Below, piece by piece: positions 27,121-41,038 of a stretch of DNA of 64,000 bases. The notes beneath the pieces were generated by a model that did not search any database, was not told the DNA's origin, and saw only the letters and a program-made list of their open reading frames with translations. Source of the DNA: the human T2T-CHM13v2.0 reference genome, Homo sapiens; the NCBI RefSeq assembly GCF_009914755.1, contig NC_060947.1; one strand, written 5' to 3'. How positions within the stretch are numbered: position 1 is the stretch's first letter; each line of letters starts with the position of its first letter. The position numbers and the translations under genes are program-made.

Positions 27121-28882
27121 TCTTTCTATCTTTTATTTTAGGTTTAGAGGGTATATGTGCAATTTTATTCCATGTGTAAATTGTGTGTTTTGGGGATTTG
27201 GTGTACAGTTATTTTGTCACCTAGGTAATAAGCATAGTACCTCATAGGTAGTTTTCTGATCCTCACCCTCCACCCTCAAGTAGGCCTCAGTATCTATTGT
27301 TCCCTTTTTTCTGTCCATGTGTACACAATGTTTAGCTCCCACTTATACGTGAACATACGTGGTATTTGGTTTTTTGTTCCTGCATTGATTTGCTTAGGAT
27401 AATGGCCTCCAGCTCCATCCATCTTGCTACAGAGGACATGATCTTGTTCTTTTTATGGCTGCATAGTATTTCATGGTGTCCATACATATACACATCTTTG
27501 CTATTGTGAATAGTGTGGCGATGAGCATATGTGTGTATATGTCTTTATGGTAGAATGATTTACATTCCCTTGGGTGTATACCCAGTAATAGGATTGCTGG
27601 GTTGAATGGCAGTTCTGTTTTATGATCTTTGAGAAATCTCCAAACCGCTTTCCACAGTGGCTGAACTAATTACATTCTGACCAATAGTGTATAAGCATTC
27701 CCTTTTCTCTGCCACCTTGACAGCACTGTTATTTTTTCACTTATTTATTTATTTAGAGACAGGATCTCACTTCATCACCCAGGCTGAAGTGCAGTGGCGC
27801 AATTTCAGCTCACTGCTGCCTCCACCTCCTGGGCTCAAGCAATCCTCCTACATCAGCCCTAAAGTAGCTGGGACTACAGGTGCGGGCCACCACACCCAGC
27901 CTATTTTTTGAGTTTTAAATAATAGCCTTTCTGACTGGCGTGAGATGGTATCTCATTGTGGTTTTGATTTGCATTTCTCTAGTGATTAGTGATGTTAAGT
28001 ATTTTTTCATATGCTTGTTGGCCACATGTAAAGGTCTTCTTTGGAGAAGGGTCTGTTCATGCCCTTTGTCCATTTTTTTAATGGGGTTGTTTCTTTTTTG
28101 CTTATTTAATTGTTTAAGTTCCTTATAGATTCTAAATATTAGACCTTTGTTAGATGCATAGTTTGCCAATTTTTTTTTCCCATTCTGTAGGTTGTTTACT
28201 CTGTTGATAGGTTTTTTGCTTTGCAAAAGCTCTTTAGTATAATATTTGGTCCAACTTGTCAATATTTCCTTTTTTTGCAATTGCTTTCAGTGTGTTCATT
28301 ATGAAATCTTTGCCAGAGCCTATGTCTAAAATAGTATTTCCTAGGTTGTCTTCAAGGATTTTTATAATTTTAGGTTTTACATTTAAATATTTAATCCATC
28401 TTGAGTTGATTTTTGTATATGGTGAAAGAAAGGGGTCCAGTTTCAATCTTCTGCATATGGCTAGCCAGTTATCCCAGCACCATTTACTGAATAGGGAGTC
28501 CTTTCCCCATTGTTTGTTTTTGTTAGGTTTGTTGAAGATCAGATGGTTGTAGATGTGTGGCCTTATTTCTGAGTTCTCTATTCTGTTCTATTGGTCTATG
28601 TGTCTGTTTTTTTTAGCAGTACCATGTTGTTTTCATTACTGTAGCCTTGTAGCATAGTTTTAAGTTGGGTAATGTGATGCCTCCAGCTTTGCTCTTTTTG
28701 CTTAAGATTGCTTTGGCTATTTGGGCTTGTTTTGGGTTCCATGCGAATTTTAGAAGAATTGTTTCTAATTCTATGAAAAATATCCTTGATAGCTTGATAG
28801 GAATAGCACTGAATCCGTAAATTGCTTTGGACAATATGGCCATTTAAACAATATTGATTCTTCCTATCCATGAGCATGGAAT
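27121..28882 (-). mobile_element. L1PA13-16-like 5'-truncated LINE-1
   Basis: 3' UTR and ORF2 C-terminal fragments ([45 protein letters not shown]). Confidence 0.92.
27741..27901 (-). mobile_element. Alu right monomer (FRAM or truncated AluJ) nested in the L1
   Basis: (TTTA)n GAGACAGGATCTCAC...CTCCTGGGCTCAAGCAATCCTCC...CCACCACACCCAGC. Confidence 0.85.
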
Positions 28883-28894
28883 CACAAAATCATT

Positions 28895-29366
28895 TTTATT
28901 TTTATTTTTTCATGTTGTTCTGTAATTTATTTAAAAAAATAAAAAAATGCTAGATCTTGGCAGATATATGAGTTGAAAATATTTTTTCAAGCTGTCTTTT
29001 TACTTTCTTTTCTTGAATTTTGTTAATTTCTTAGCTTTAGGGTACAAGAAGAGGTTTTTGGTTGCTTGGATGCAATGTATAGTGGTGAAGTCTGAGATTT
29101 TAGTGCACGTATCACTGGAGTAGCATACACTGTACCTAGTATGTAGGTTTTTATCCCTTTCTCCCCTACTCTCTGTCTTCTGAGTCTCCATAGTCCATTG
29201 TATCACTCTGTATGCCTTTGTATACCCATAGCTTAGCTCCCACTTGTAAGTGAGAATATACTGTATTGAATTTTCCATTCCTGAGTTACTTCACTTACAA
29301 TGGCCTCCAGCTCCATCCAAGTTACTTACTCCTGCAAGAATGACCATTACTAAAAAGTCAAAAAAA
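28895..29366 (-). mobile_element. L1PB 3' end with 3' transduction and short 5' inversion
   Basis: L1PB 3' UTR at ~29030-29323; opposite-strand L1 piece CTTACTCCTGCAAGAATGACC at 29324-29366; TSD CACAAAATCATT at 28883-28894 and 29367-29378. Confidence 0.85.
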
Positions 29367-30639
29367 CACAAAATCATTGTTAGAAACACAACCAACTATG
29401 CAAGCTTACTTGAAATGGTCCTCTGAGTGGATTTCCTCTGTGCCTTTTAAAAGTTATATTCTGTATTTGCTTTTTAATAAATAAACTTGTATTTATCAAA
29501 CTCCTGCTTTTGTTATTTTTATTATGCATAATACATAGGATTACAAATATCTTGACACTTAGTTCTGTGTTTTAGTTTTAGGGACTAGACAAAGAACATG
29601 TTTTCTGCATTATAGAGCTTTAAACTGGTTGGGCACACAATGTTTTTCACATGTGAAGCAACCTGGGCTCTCTACAAGAAAACATAAGAAACATAGAGAT
29701 AAATGTATTCCTTACATAAGCTAGTGTAACTTTTAGGGTCATATTACAAAGGTAATGTTTTTTATCCTTTGAGTAAAATTCTGTTATGTGACATTCTTCG
29801 TGTATTTTAATAAGTTAGAACAGAGCAATACCATTTGTATTAAATATTTTTCTGGGCTTATTCAAACATACAGCCTTAATAAGGTAATGTTTTAGTATTA
29901 CATATATGCTTTCCAACTCATTCTTTCTTTAACCTGGAAATCAAAGGATAAAAATCACTTGTTATACACACGTGTGCTTGATCAAATGGAGTGAACTGAT
30001 GAAAGGATATTACTAGGTATCTTGTTTGTGTATTTCCATGTTTTATTTGGCATATCCATGAGACAAAAGTATTTATGACTATCTTCTCCCATTCATTCTT
30101 CAATCAAGGGCTTAGGTCAGTCTTGTAGGGACAGAGAAAGCAGCACTTGAGCTGAGTTTCAAGGACAACTAGAAGTTTGTTGGGCAGACAAAAAATGTGT
30201 GTGGGTGTGTACAGGTAATGGGAACACTACATTTTTGGATTGCTCTCCTCTTCACCCACCCTGTTTTATCTTTCTTCATCCTCCCTGTCATGTCCTCTCC
30301 CACTTCATCACCTTGTATTTTCCTGCAGGATTTTGTTAAATATTATAATTTGAGCAAGCTCAAGAGTAGTCCACTATTTAATATTTGCTGTACAGCAATA
30401 TTTCTATATAAAGTATCTCATTAGAAATAATTCTGTCTTTCACCCAAGTTGTAAGAGATAGAAAAAAATCAGTTTAGATCTGTATTCTAGCTAGAGTTCT
30501 CTGAGTATATGTAAGTGTTTCTTCCAATCACTTTCTCCTTTGCTTAAACGGGCTTGTTCTTATTTAGTTTTAAGTACGATTCAAAGTAGATTTACCTGAG
30601 ATAGAAATGTATTTTCCAAATTATGCCATCCCAGCCCCG

Positions 30640-30640
<1 letters not shown>

Positions 30641-30688
<48 letters not shown>
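30641..30688. repeat. (CA)24 microsatellite
   Basis: Perfect CA run. Confidence 0.95.
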
Positions 30689-30692
<4 letters not shown>

Positions 30693-31291
30693 CAGAGAGA
30701 GCTGGGCAGCAATTATGGAGTGATGGCAATGCCCCTACAAGCCCTGCTGATAATCCTCTTCTTTCTACCCTCTTATCATTAGGCTACCTACAATTGCTGG
30801 GGAGCAAACTCAGCAGGAGAATCTTGGCCAGAAGCAATACCCAGTGGCAAGATGGCAAGGTTAGGTAGTGGAAAAATTCCTGATAGAAGCTATTTCTTTC
30901 TCCCAGCTCATCTTTGTTTATTCTTGATTGGTAAAAGAAAAAAAAATTCTAGTCTCAGTTTTGCAAGTGACTGGTGAAAGGATGATATAAACATGTTGTT
31001 TAAGACTGAAATCTGATGCACTTTCCATACAAGGCCAGTTTTCACTGGCCTATATCTGACATATGCTAGTAACTGAATTTGGAGGGAACCTTGAGCTCCT
31101 TGGATAAGAAGCTAGGCCTGCAGAATATCATTGAAGTTTAAAAAACTTTCAGATCAGATTTGAAAATGAGGAGCTACTGTCACAGAGCCAGGTTGTATAG
31201 CCAGTGGAATGTGATACGTTGGTAGATGTTATGTATTGGTCAAGAATGTGGCATCAGAGAAAGGGAGAAATAGAACCATTGTATTTTGTCT

Positions 31292-31293
<2 letters not shown>

Positions 31294-31335
<42 letters not shown>
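31294..31335. repeat. (TG)21 microsatellite
   Basis: Perfect TG run. Confidence 0.95.
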
Positions 31336-31336
<1 letters not shown>

Positions 31337-31677
31337 ATGTGTGTATTTAATTAAAGAGTGCCTTTAATTTCTTACAGGTAATTTTATTACAATTAAAATT
31401 AATTTATATTGATTCTGGTGAGAAATATAAATGCTATTATCAAATTCAAAATAAAATATAAAGTCAAATGAAAAATTTAGATAAAAATATATTGCAATAC
31501 TAGTTTCATATGAAATGTCACCTGTGAACTGAACTACATTTTGATACTATACATTAAAAATAGCCACCTTCCATAATCTGTGACATTTTGTATTATCCTA
31601 GAGTGCACGATTTTCTAATAGCATTAGATCAGGGAAAGAAAGCCTAAGCTTGTATAGTCACATAGAAGACCAAGAGA

Positions 31678-32010
<333 letters not shown>

Positions 32011-32080
32011 TTAAGTTCAGACTTTAGCTGACCAAAATTCCTTCTGCCTGCCCAGCGAGTACATTTGATTCTTCTGTTCA

Positions 32081-32310
32081 TTTTATTTTTTATTTTTATT
32101 TTGAGACAGGGTTTTGCTCTGATGCTCAGGCTGGAGTACAGTGGTGCATGCAACTAGATCACCGCTCGCTGCAGCCTTGACCTCCTGGGCTCTAGCTATC
32201 CCTCACCTCAGCCTCCTGAGTAGCTGGGACCATACATGTGTGTCACCATGACTGGATAATTTTTATTTTTATTTTTGTAGAGATGGGGTCTCCCTAAGTG
32301 GCCTGGACTA
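32081..32310 (-). mobile_element. 5'-truncated AluJ
   Basis: T-rich tail, GAGACAGGGTTTTGCTCTG...GCAGCCTTGACCTCCTGGGCTC...GTAGAGATGGGGTCTC. Confidence 0.88.
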
Positions 32311-35300
32311 CTCTGTTTATTTTAGATTTTTGGTTTCTCAAAGATTGTTTCCCTCTAATTAAATATTACTCATTTATATGGGATCCAGAACAGTGTGTTA
32401 TACATCTATATGTTTTTTTCTTTTAAGCACTATAATCCTTTGTATGACAGTAACACAGAATCAGATGTTTATATATCATCATTATTGCCACCCTACAGAA
32501 TGATCTCTTTCCCAAGGATTTTCCCCTTATGCCCCACACTTTCATTCTGTTGGGCATTTTTCTATAAAACACTGTGGGAATGATATTTGGAACTTGAGGG
32601 TAACATATACACATATACATATATTCAAGCACATATATTAAAATGGACATTTCTCATTAATATCTTTTTCTTTTGTTTTTCCCCAAGAAAATAAGGTCAT
32701 TGAATTTTTCAGTGTTTGAGAAGCCTATAAATATTTAAGGAAAAAACACACTTTTACATTTTATCATATCAACCCAATACATGCTTTCACCCTATCGACA
32801 CATTTATGTAATTGTATATGATTCTTCCAAAGTCCTGCAGCTAATGTACATTCCTTTTTGATTTAAATCCATGTCCTATCCTTTCCTGAGAAGAATTGAA
32901 TCTATCTTTATGTCTTTGATAGTAAAAAATTTTCGTAAAACAAAATTAAATGGTTTCCCAGACAAACATTTTGAACTCAGATAAATAACCAATGTATTTT
33001 AAAAAAACATTTTTGCCCTAATAGCATTAAGGGAAATGAAACTTATATATTAAATAATATTTTAATGGTACTTTAATATTTATTTTTGAGTGATAATCCA
33101 GAATGTGCATTTTTTTGTTGCTGAGCATATTTTGAGTTATAGTATATGCTTATATGCTTTAATTGTTATTCTGAAGAACCCTAAAAAAACCTACCATTAA
33201 CACAAACATTATTGAATTGAAACACATATAAAACCTGCAATAAACTTTCAGAAGTTAAAGAACAGCTTATCTTTTTTCTACTGCATCTGGCAATCTGCTA
33301 AAATTTGAAAAACTCTTTAAAGTGTACCTGCTTTTATAGCATTTTTTTCAGCAAACAATATGTAACTTGTATAAATGCATATAATTTTACTATTTTGTGT
33401 GTAGACCTACTGCTTATCTTTGTTTTGAATGGAGTGTTTAAGGTAGCCAAAGGCAAATTATGAATATTTCTCAATATCATAGGTTTTAAAAATATGATTT
33501 ATATCTGAAGACGATGGTTATTGGAATAATGATACATTTTTCAGTTTACATATGAGCAAAATAAAAGATGCAGTTGAATAATTTTCATTTCATTATTTTA
33601 TACCAATATTTCTAAGAGAACTCCAACAATTATCTTGGTATTTCATGACAGGATCTACCTTTCGAGCAATCCAGTGGTGTTTCAGTGTGTCTCATCATAG
33701 TAAGGTTATCATTCATTCTGTTAATATTTTATTTCTCCATAAAATAAGGTAGTTTTATATTTAAGTTAAGTGTTTAGGGGCTTTATTTGCAAGTTGACAA
33801 GATACAGTGAATTTAATTGATGCCATTAAGACTTTATAATACATTTTTATTCAAACAGTATAAGCATATTTGTACTATTACATAAAGATATAAACTTAAT
33901 AAATTGTATTCTTTTGTAAAATATCTTAACATGGTGTGCAGTTTGTGTTAAACTTACATCATTTGACAGAATTACAAATATTTCGAAATGAAAATTCAGT
34001 TGAACAGGAGGAAGTAGAATAAAATATATCTATTTTTCTCCTCTGGGTATTAAGTTCAATATGGCAGATGCAAAGTTATTTATCTTGAAACCTTTATAAA
34101 TAATATATTGGAGACCTCCAAACTCATTTAAAATTCAGAAATAAGAAAATTAACTTATCAGTTGTTATTTTGACAGTTACAATTGCAATAATTATTAAAT
34201 AGTAAAATTTCATCTATATTAGTAAATCTCTTTAATACCTATAAATGATTATGCCTGTAGAAAAACATACTGAGATTATATCCCAAAAATCCTTAGATTA
34301 CTGTCCCTCTTCACTCAGTAAGTATTTACTCAATGTTTAGCAAATGTTAGGATTTAGAACAATGCTAGATACTGTTTAAACCTAAATATTCAAACAAAAA
34401 GTCAGTCAGAAGTGGGACAGTTATTATGGACCAGGATGAAGATGAATGAGGAACTTTTAGTCCAGGATTTTAGTTCTACTCTAAGGTATAAATTCAGAGA
34501 GAAAATGAGAGCCTCTTAGTGGCATTAATTTTATAAATTATTAAACTGCACACGCATGCACACAAAACTGAGCTGACGGAAAAAGCAGATGGCCAAAAAA
34601 TAAACTTAAAAAAATTGGCTAAAATGTAGAGGTGATTAGCTTTAGCCAAAACCATTGAAAGAAATCAAAACAAATTTAAGGTGATAAACTAAATAAAATA
34701 GAAAACTTTAAAAAGGAGGATTGTTTTGAAAAAAGTTCACAGGAGATCCACAATTAAAACACAATTCCACAATTAACTTGGGGGAATTTGTTTGGAAATG
34801 ACAGCAGATTCCTAATTCCATGGCATTCCCCCACACATTATAATAATTTTCTTAAGTGAAAGGAAAACATACACTTAATGTTTTCTTAGACATTTAATCT
34901 CTCCCTTTTCTAGAGCCGGTGCAAACAGAACTGCTAATTAGTCTAACATGTCACCAAGCTACTGAACTTTGAAAAGATAGTAGCTCTAAAATATTGTAGA
35001 TGTGCCAGTTGCTAAACAGGTGATTTTTCGGTACCGGTACCATATTCTAGTTTTAACAGATGGGCTTACTTTTAATTGTGATAATACTAGTAGTCTAGAT
35101 ATCATAATAATAGCTTTGAGAGGAGCAGTTCATTAGTAGCAAAAATCCTTTAGTAAAGTGGCATAGGCTTGAAACTCAGTGCTTCAAAGCACTGTGGGTA
35201 CTTTAAATATAGGAAAATAATGCCAGAATCTAGTTCATAATATTGACCAATTTTCAATCAAAAGAAAAGTTGATTTTAGGGAAAAATATGTGACAATAAT

Positions 35301-38300
35301 TCATATTGTTTAGAATTTACTCCTATTTAGTAGTATTTTTCCTTAGTAAAAATTTTCCAGTTACACATGTAATATATGTTTAGATTATATTTAAGGTATA
35401 TCAAATAAGTTAGGGTTTCAGTGGCAAATTTAGGTGCTTTATCTGTAGTGAGATTTTTGTAAAGTTTTTCTTTAAAAGATAGCAATTAGAGAAAGATAAA
35501 TTGACCTTATGCTTCATTGTTACTTTTCAGGTGTTCTTGGTGTTTCAAATAAATTGCAAAGAAAATTTCCCGTCTGGTAATGATCCTTCTTACAACTCCA
35601 CATCTTGCAAAAGTTTTTACTGAAATATTATAGGATTACCATTAAAATAATTTGATCATGTGTGTGATCCTATTGGTACTGTCATATGACAACATGATAA
35701 GTTTCATAATTATAACAATTTAACAGTTGTCAAAAGTATATTATAACTGATTTTCAAAAGTTTGCTATAAAGACAGCTTGTTTCTATCTGTACTCAATTG
35801 TAAATATACATGATTGCTTTCATCAGTTTCTTCTAGTAAGACAACAAAATAGAAATTTTAATGATGACAGTTAAACATAAAATTATATTTTCTTCTGAAA
35901 AATCGTTTGGAAATATCGTGGGATCTGGTATTAAGATATTATTTCTCTGGTTGGAACACATATATATTTGTATGTAGGTTTACATTCTATGTACATATTA
36001 TGTTGAGCAGATGAAATGGATGAACCATAATAGTATGTAAAGAAAATTTTAAAAGCTATTTGATTAACAGCCATTTCTAATTTAAAAACATTTTGTTTCC
36101 TATAGTTAAAAAATTATCCTCTGCTGCTGCTCCTGGGGTTTCTTTTATTTTTTGGCTTTATCACTTAAAGACTATTAAAATGGGAAATGAGTTTCTTTCC
36201 TATTAAAAGCCTTTAAAGAAAATGATGCTTTAAAAGAAAGCCAAGACACTAAACACCTTTGAGCATTTTTCTCCATCTCCTAAATGCTCTGTAATTTGTA
36301 TGTAAAGAATGTAAGACCTGTCTGCCTATTTTGCATGGCATTGCTATTTAATTTTTTTATTTTTGTTTGCCGCAATTGTTATGGGTAAATGGTGAGTGTG
36401 AGGTAATAAGGGCATGCTATTTGTGAGAATGGCAAAAATGTATTGTTTCATACTACGAATGCATCTTCAGAATAAGTGGGTGGTCTTTCATTGCCACTTA
36501 ATGTGATTTTTAAGGGAAGGCATTCACAGATACAAAGACATTCTTCAAAATGTGATCACTATAAGACCAAGAGCCTCACAATAAGCAGAGTAAAAGACTA
36601 AGAATCTCATACAGTATTGCTAACAATGCGTAGAGGGGAAATAAAGGAAGGCCTATTTGCCCTGGAGAGATGAGGAAGCAATCCGAAATTCCTTGATTGC
36701 GGTGTGAAGACTGTTAACACTTTATACAACGTGGATGAGAAAGAAGGTAAAGCTAAGGAATCCTAAACAAGGGGTGACCTTAGAGACGTGAGGAGAAGCA
36801 TGATGTGATGGGAAGGTAGAAACCACACCCCATGCTACGGAGTATTCAATCATCTCCATTAGCAATAATTAATATTCACACAACAGGAAAGAGGAAGACT
36901 TTTCTTTCTTCTATTCTCGCATTTTTCTTTCATTTTTTCTTTCTTTTAAAAATTTGTTTGAATTAAGAGATAAGTGGATAGTAACGGTTTTCTTTAAAAC
37001 CCTTTGGCATGAGAACTGATGAAACTTTAGGGAAAAAAATACATGCCTGTTGAAGTTTTAGACTTAAGAGAGCATATTGGAAGAGATATTTGAATAAAGA
37101 AGATGCTTATGTGTTATTTTAGAAGAGAGTTACGGGAGTAACCTCTAGTAATTGATAAGATAAAAGGGTAACTATACAAAAGGAATAATACAGATAGCTT
37201 CTGAAAAGGTAGAATAAAACCCACTAGCGACATAAAGCCAGAATGACTAACAGGAAATATTAGGTAGTGAAATGGCTAACAATCTTCATAGGTACTTGTT
37301 TAATTCTAATCATAACCCTCAACGTGGATTCAGCTAAGAAATTTATACTTCAATAAACTCCCTGGATACACATATATTGTACATTTTATTTGGAGACATA
37401 TTGGTGGACTTGTTCAATTTGCTAAAACATTAAAGTTGATACCTAATATAGAAGACAGTGTCAGTATATTGACTTCCACCAAGGGGAAATTATTCTTTAA
37501 TTTGATTGAGATCAAGAGATAAAGGCGAAAAACTTGCATGTAAAAAAAAAAAACAGATAGTGTGGTACACTTTTGAGACAACAGAAAACTAAATAAAGAA
37601 GAGTGAAAGGAATACAATCATCTTTAGGGAAGGACATTTCAGTTGGAGGAAATTTCCTGTAATTTAAAATGTATGGAATTGCAACAAGATAAAAAGTATT
37701 ACAATCAAAGAATATAAAAAATTCAAACTTTGTTCATGAGGATTTTAACAGTATCCGTCGGTATTTGGGAAATAATAAGCATAACAAAAATGTAGATTAA
37801 TTTTTAATTTCCATTAAAAAGCATGTTTTCATTGCATTGAAGACTTAATATAGGACCTGGAAAAAATGAGCTTTTATCTTGATAGTTATATTTGAAGTCA
37901 ATACTATCGCCCCAAAGACTTTTAAACAAACACATGTCTTCTAAAGGCTTTAGTACTGTTTTATAATGTTTGCACTTTTCTTGTTCTCCAGGCAGTGTTT
38001 AGTAGTTAGGTTTTGTTTCCTTTCAATAATTGAAGCCTAGTGAGGGAGACATGCCTGTAACTGAGTTCTATAACAGAGGCACACACAAATTGCCAGGTAA
38101 GCAGAGAGGTAGGAGTCATAATTTAACTTGTATGTCTAAAAAATGAAGTGACCAGTGTCAAAGATTAGCAAGTTATTTGACCCGATTTTATTATTAGAAA
38201 GGAATATAGTAACTTATTCACAGCAGAGGTAGAGGTCAGAAAGTTTCACAGCTCTTTTAAGTGTTCATTGTAACAACCTTTTCACACCACTATAATTAGG

Positions 38301-38813
38301 TGCTTTTGTGTACATTGTCTTTTGCTAGACACTACAAGGAGATATCCATTTGGTGCTTCCAAATGGAAGACCAAAGGGTCTTCCTTTTGGTGCTTGGCAT
38401 TTTAAATGATGAAAATCAATGCACACTCATGGGGTTAGGTAATAGTTGAACATATTAATAGATGAAAATGTACATATAGTTAATGTCCATTTACTTTTAT
38501 CTAAGGAGGATGAAGTGGGATAGTAATTAGCAGTCAGTAGGTGTGGCATGTTTTTCTCTGTGGAACTGTTAGGCAAATAATCTAATTCATTCACTCTTTT
38601 TGTAAGAATTATCCAATCAGAAAGTCCAAGATAAAACTAACTGCCTGGAGGAGAAATGAAAATTAAATTGAGACTTTCTTGATAAATGACAGCCTTGATT
38701 TTACCTGAATGCATGGTCATAGCAAAGACCTAAATAGCTACATGACTTATAATGAGATTGTATCATTCCTAATAACCCCACTTAGAATATTACATTTATT
38801 TCTGGCTACCATA

Positions 38814-39211
38814 TGATACAGTTTGGATGTTTGTCCCCTCCAAATCTCATGTCAAAATGTGATTCTCAACACTGGAGGGGGGTCCTGGTGGGAGGTGTTT
38901 GGGCTGTGGGGGTAGATCCCTCATGAATGGTGTGGTGCCCTACTTATGGTAATGAGTTCACATGAGATTTGGTTGTTGAGAAGAGTCTGCGACCCCACCC
39001 CGCTTTTTGCTTCCCCTCTTGCCATGTGACATGCCTATTTCCCCTTTGCCTTCCACCATGATTATAAGCTTCTGGAGGCCTCACCAGAAGCAGATGATGG
39101 CACTATGTTTCTTGTACAGCCTATAGAAATGTGAGCCAAATAAACCTCTTTCTTTTATAAATTACCCAGTCTCGGGTGTTCCTTTATACCAAAGCAAAAT
39201 GGACTAATGCA
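38814..39211 (+). mobile_element. MSTB-like solo LTR (ERVL-MaLR)
   Basis: TGATACAGTTTGGATGTTTGTCCCCTCCAAATCTCATG...AAATAAACCTC...GGACTAATGCA; exact 5-bp TSD CCATA on both sides. Confidence 0.92.
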
Positions 39212-39749
39212 CCATATTTTTTTTAAAGATGCAGCATTTGAAAGAGAGAATTAGATTGGCCTTAGGATATGAGCTGTGAAGACAGGATAGAATCCTGAGT
39301 TTCTGTGAGTTTTAAAGAGCAAATTTAAGATTTAATTGAAAATAATATAAACATATCAATGTACATAGAGATAGACAATGTCTTTTTATTATAGTATAGA
39401 TTATTGTAAAAGAGATGCATAAATTTTAGTAGAAGAAAAACTTGCTGAAACAAACATCGGAGCTTCTCAGCTTTTCAAGACCATTTTTCTGTAGCATGCA
39501 AACAGAATAATGCACTACTGATTTATTCTATGAATGAAAATGTCTACAGGATTTTTCAGAGAGTGCTTTTCTGAAACATAGAAGAGAATGCCCCTTAGCT
39601 GAATACCTCTAACAGGCAGGCAATAACTTTAAATCAGAGGAAAAAGGGTATGTCTCAGGAGTGGCAACTAAACTGCAACCATCACTGACCTCTCAGAAGA
39701 CTTTCAATGTAATCTACCTATATTGTAGGCAGGTAGCCAACAATTTAGG

Positions 39750-39930
39750 AATCAGAGAACTACAGGGTTTTTGAGCTGTGATGGGCTGGAGAGATCAACT
39801 CATTCAACCTTGGTTTTACAGAGAAGTATACTGGGATCTCGAGAGGGGAAGTAATTTGCTCATGGTGACACGGTTAATGGTGACACAGTTAATGGCCTAG
39901 TCGGGACCAATACCCAAGTTTCCTTATGCC
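39750..39930 (-). mobile_element. MIR fragment with an internal 15-bp tandem duplication
   Basis: TTTTACAGAGAAG...GGGAAGTAATTTGCTCATGGTGACAC; ATGGTGACAC(G/A)GTTA twice. Confidence 0.65.
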
Positions 39931-40509
39931 TTGTTCAGTGTTTTTCTGTTAACCCTGTTACGTTCAGAATTGGCTGTTGTTCAAAAGTTGGAAAATAATT
40001 TTTCATGGAAACAAAGTCATAAGCTCAGAGTTCTCCTTTGTTCCATTCTGTACTTAGTTTCCATAAGTCAGGCTTTAAATCATATTAATGTTGGCTTTAG
40101 ACTTTCTGTTGCACACGTCCTTTCCTTTTGATTTTCATCTCCACCACCCTGAAGTAACCTCCTACTTGGTCTCCTCACCTACACACTCTCTTATAACAAT
40201 CCATTCTGTGCATCTTGTCAGTTTTAATTTCCTAAAGCATTGTTATCCTCTTTCAGTCTTTGTTCTTTAAAACCTACTTCAAGACCCAAGTCAAATTTCA
40301 CCTCCCCCATAGTGACTGCACTGACGACTTCAGGTAAAAGTGATATTTTCATCTTATAAATTGTTATAGTACTTAATTTAATTTCACCCATGGATTCAAC
40401 ATTCATTAATCAGATGTATTTGAGTATTTACTGTATACCAGGAAATCAAGTGGTGCTTATCACTCACAGATATTCAATGTTACATTTGTGGTCATAATTT
40501 CTCTCTTTT

Positions 40510-40640
40510 TAGATCGTAATATTCCTGATGTAAGATACTATGGTTGAAGATCTTTGTATTCTCTTTGTATCCTCCATAGCACAGAGCCTTTTGTACATAG
40601 TTGATGATCACTAAACATTTATAGAATAAATATTGAACTA
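40510..40640 (+). mobile_element. L2 3' end fragment
   Basis: CTTTGTATCCTCCATAGCACAGAGCC...ACATAG...TAAACATTTATAGAATAAAT. Confidence 0.55.
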
Positions 40641-40746
40641 AGAATCTGCTATGATAAGGTGTGAAGATAAATATGGCCTCTATGGGATCAGTATGCAAAC
40701 TGTTAGATATCAATTATAAGCATGTTTGAAGAGCTTTCGTCAATAG

Positions 40747-41038
<292 letters not shown>

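Noticed and set aside
35030-35041. 12-bp palindrome GGTACCGGTACC
   Set aside because: Explained by a 6-bp tandem duplication; no other sign of a cloning artefact or function.
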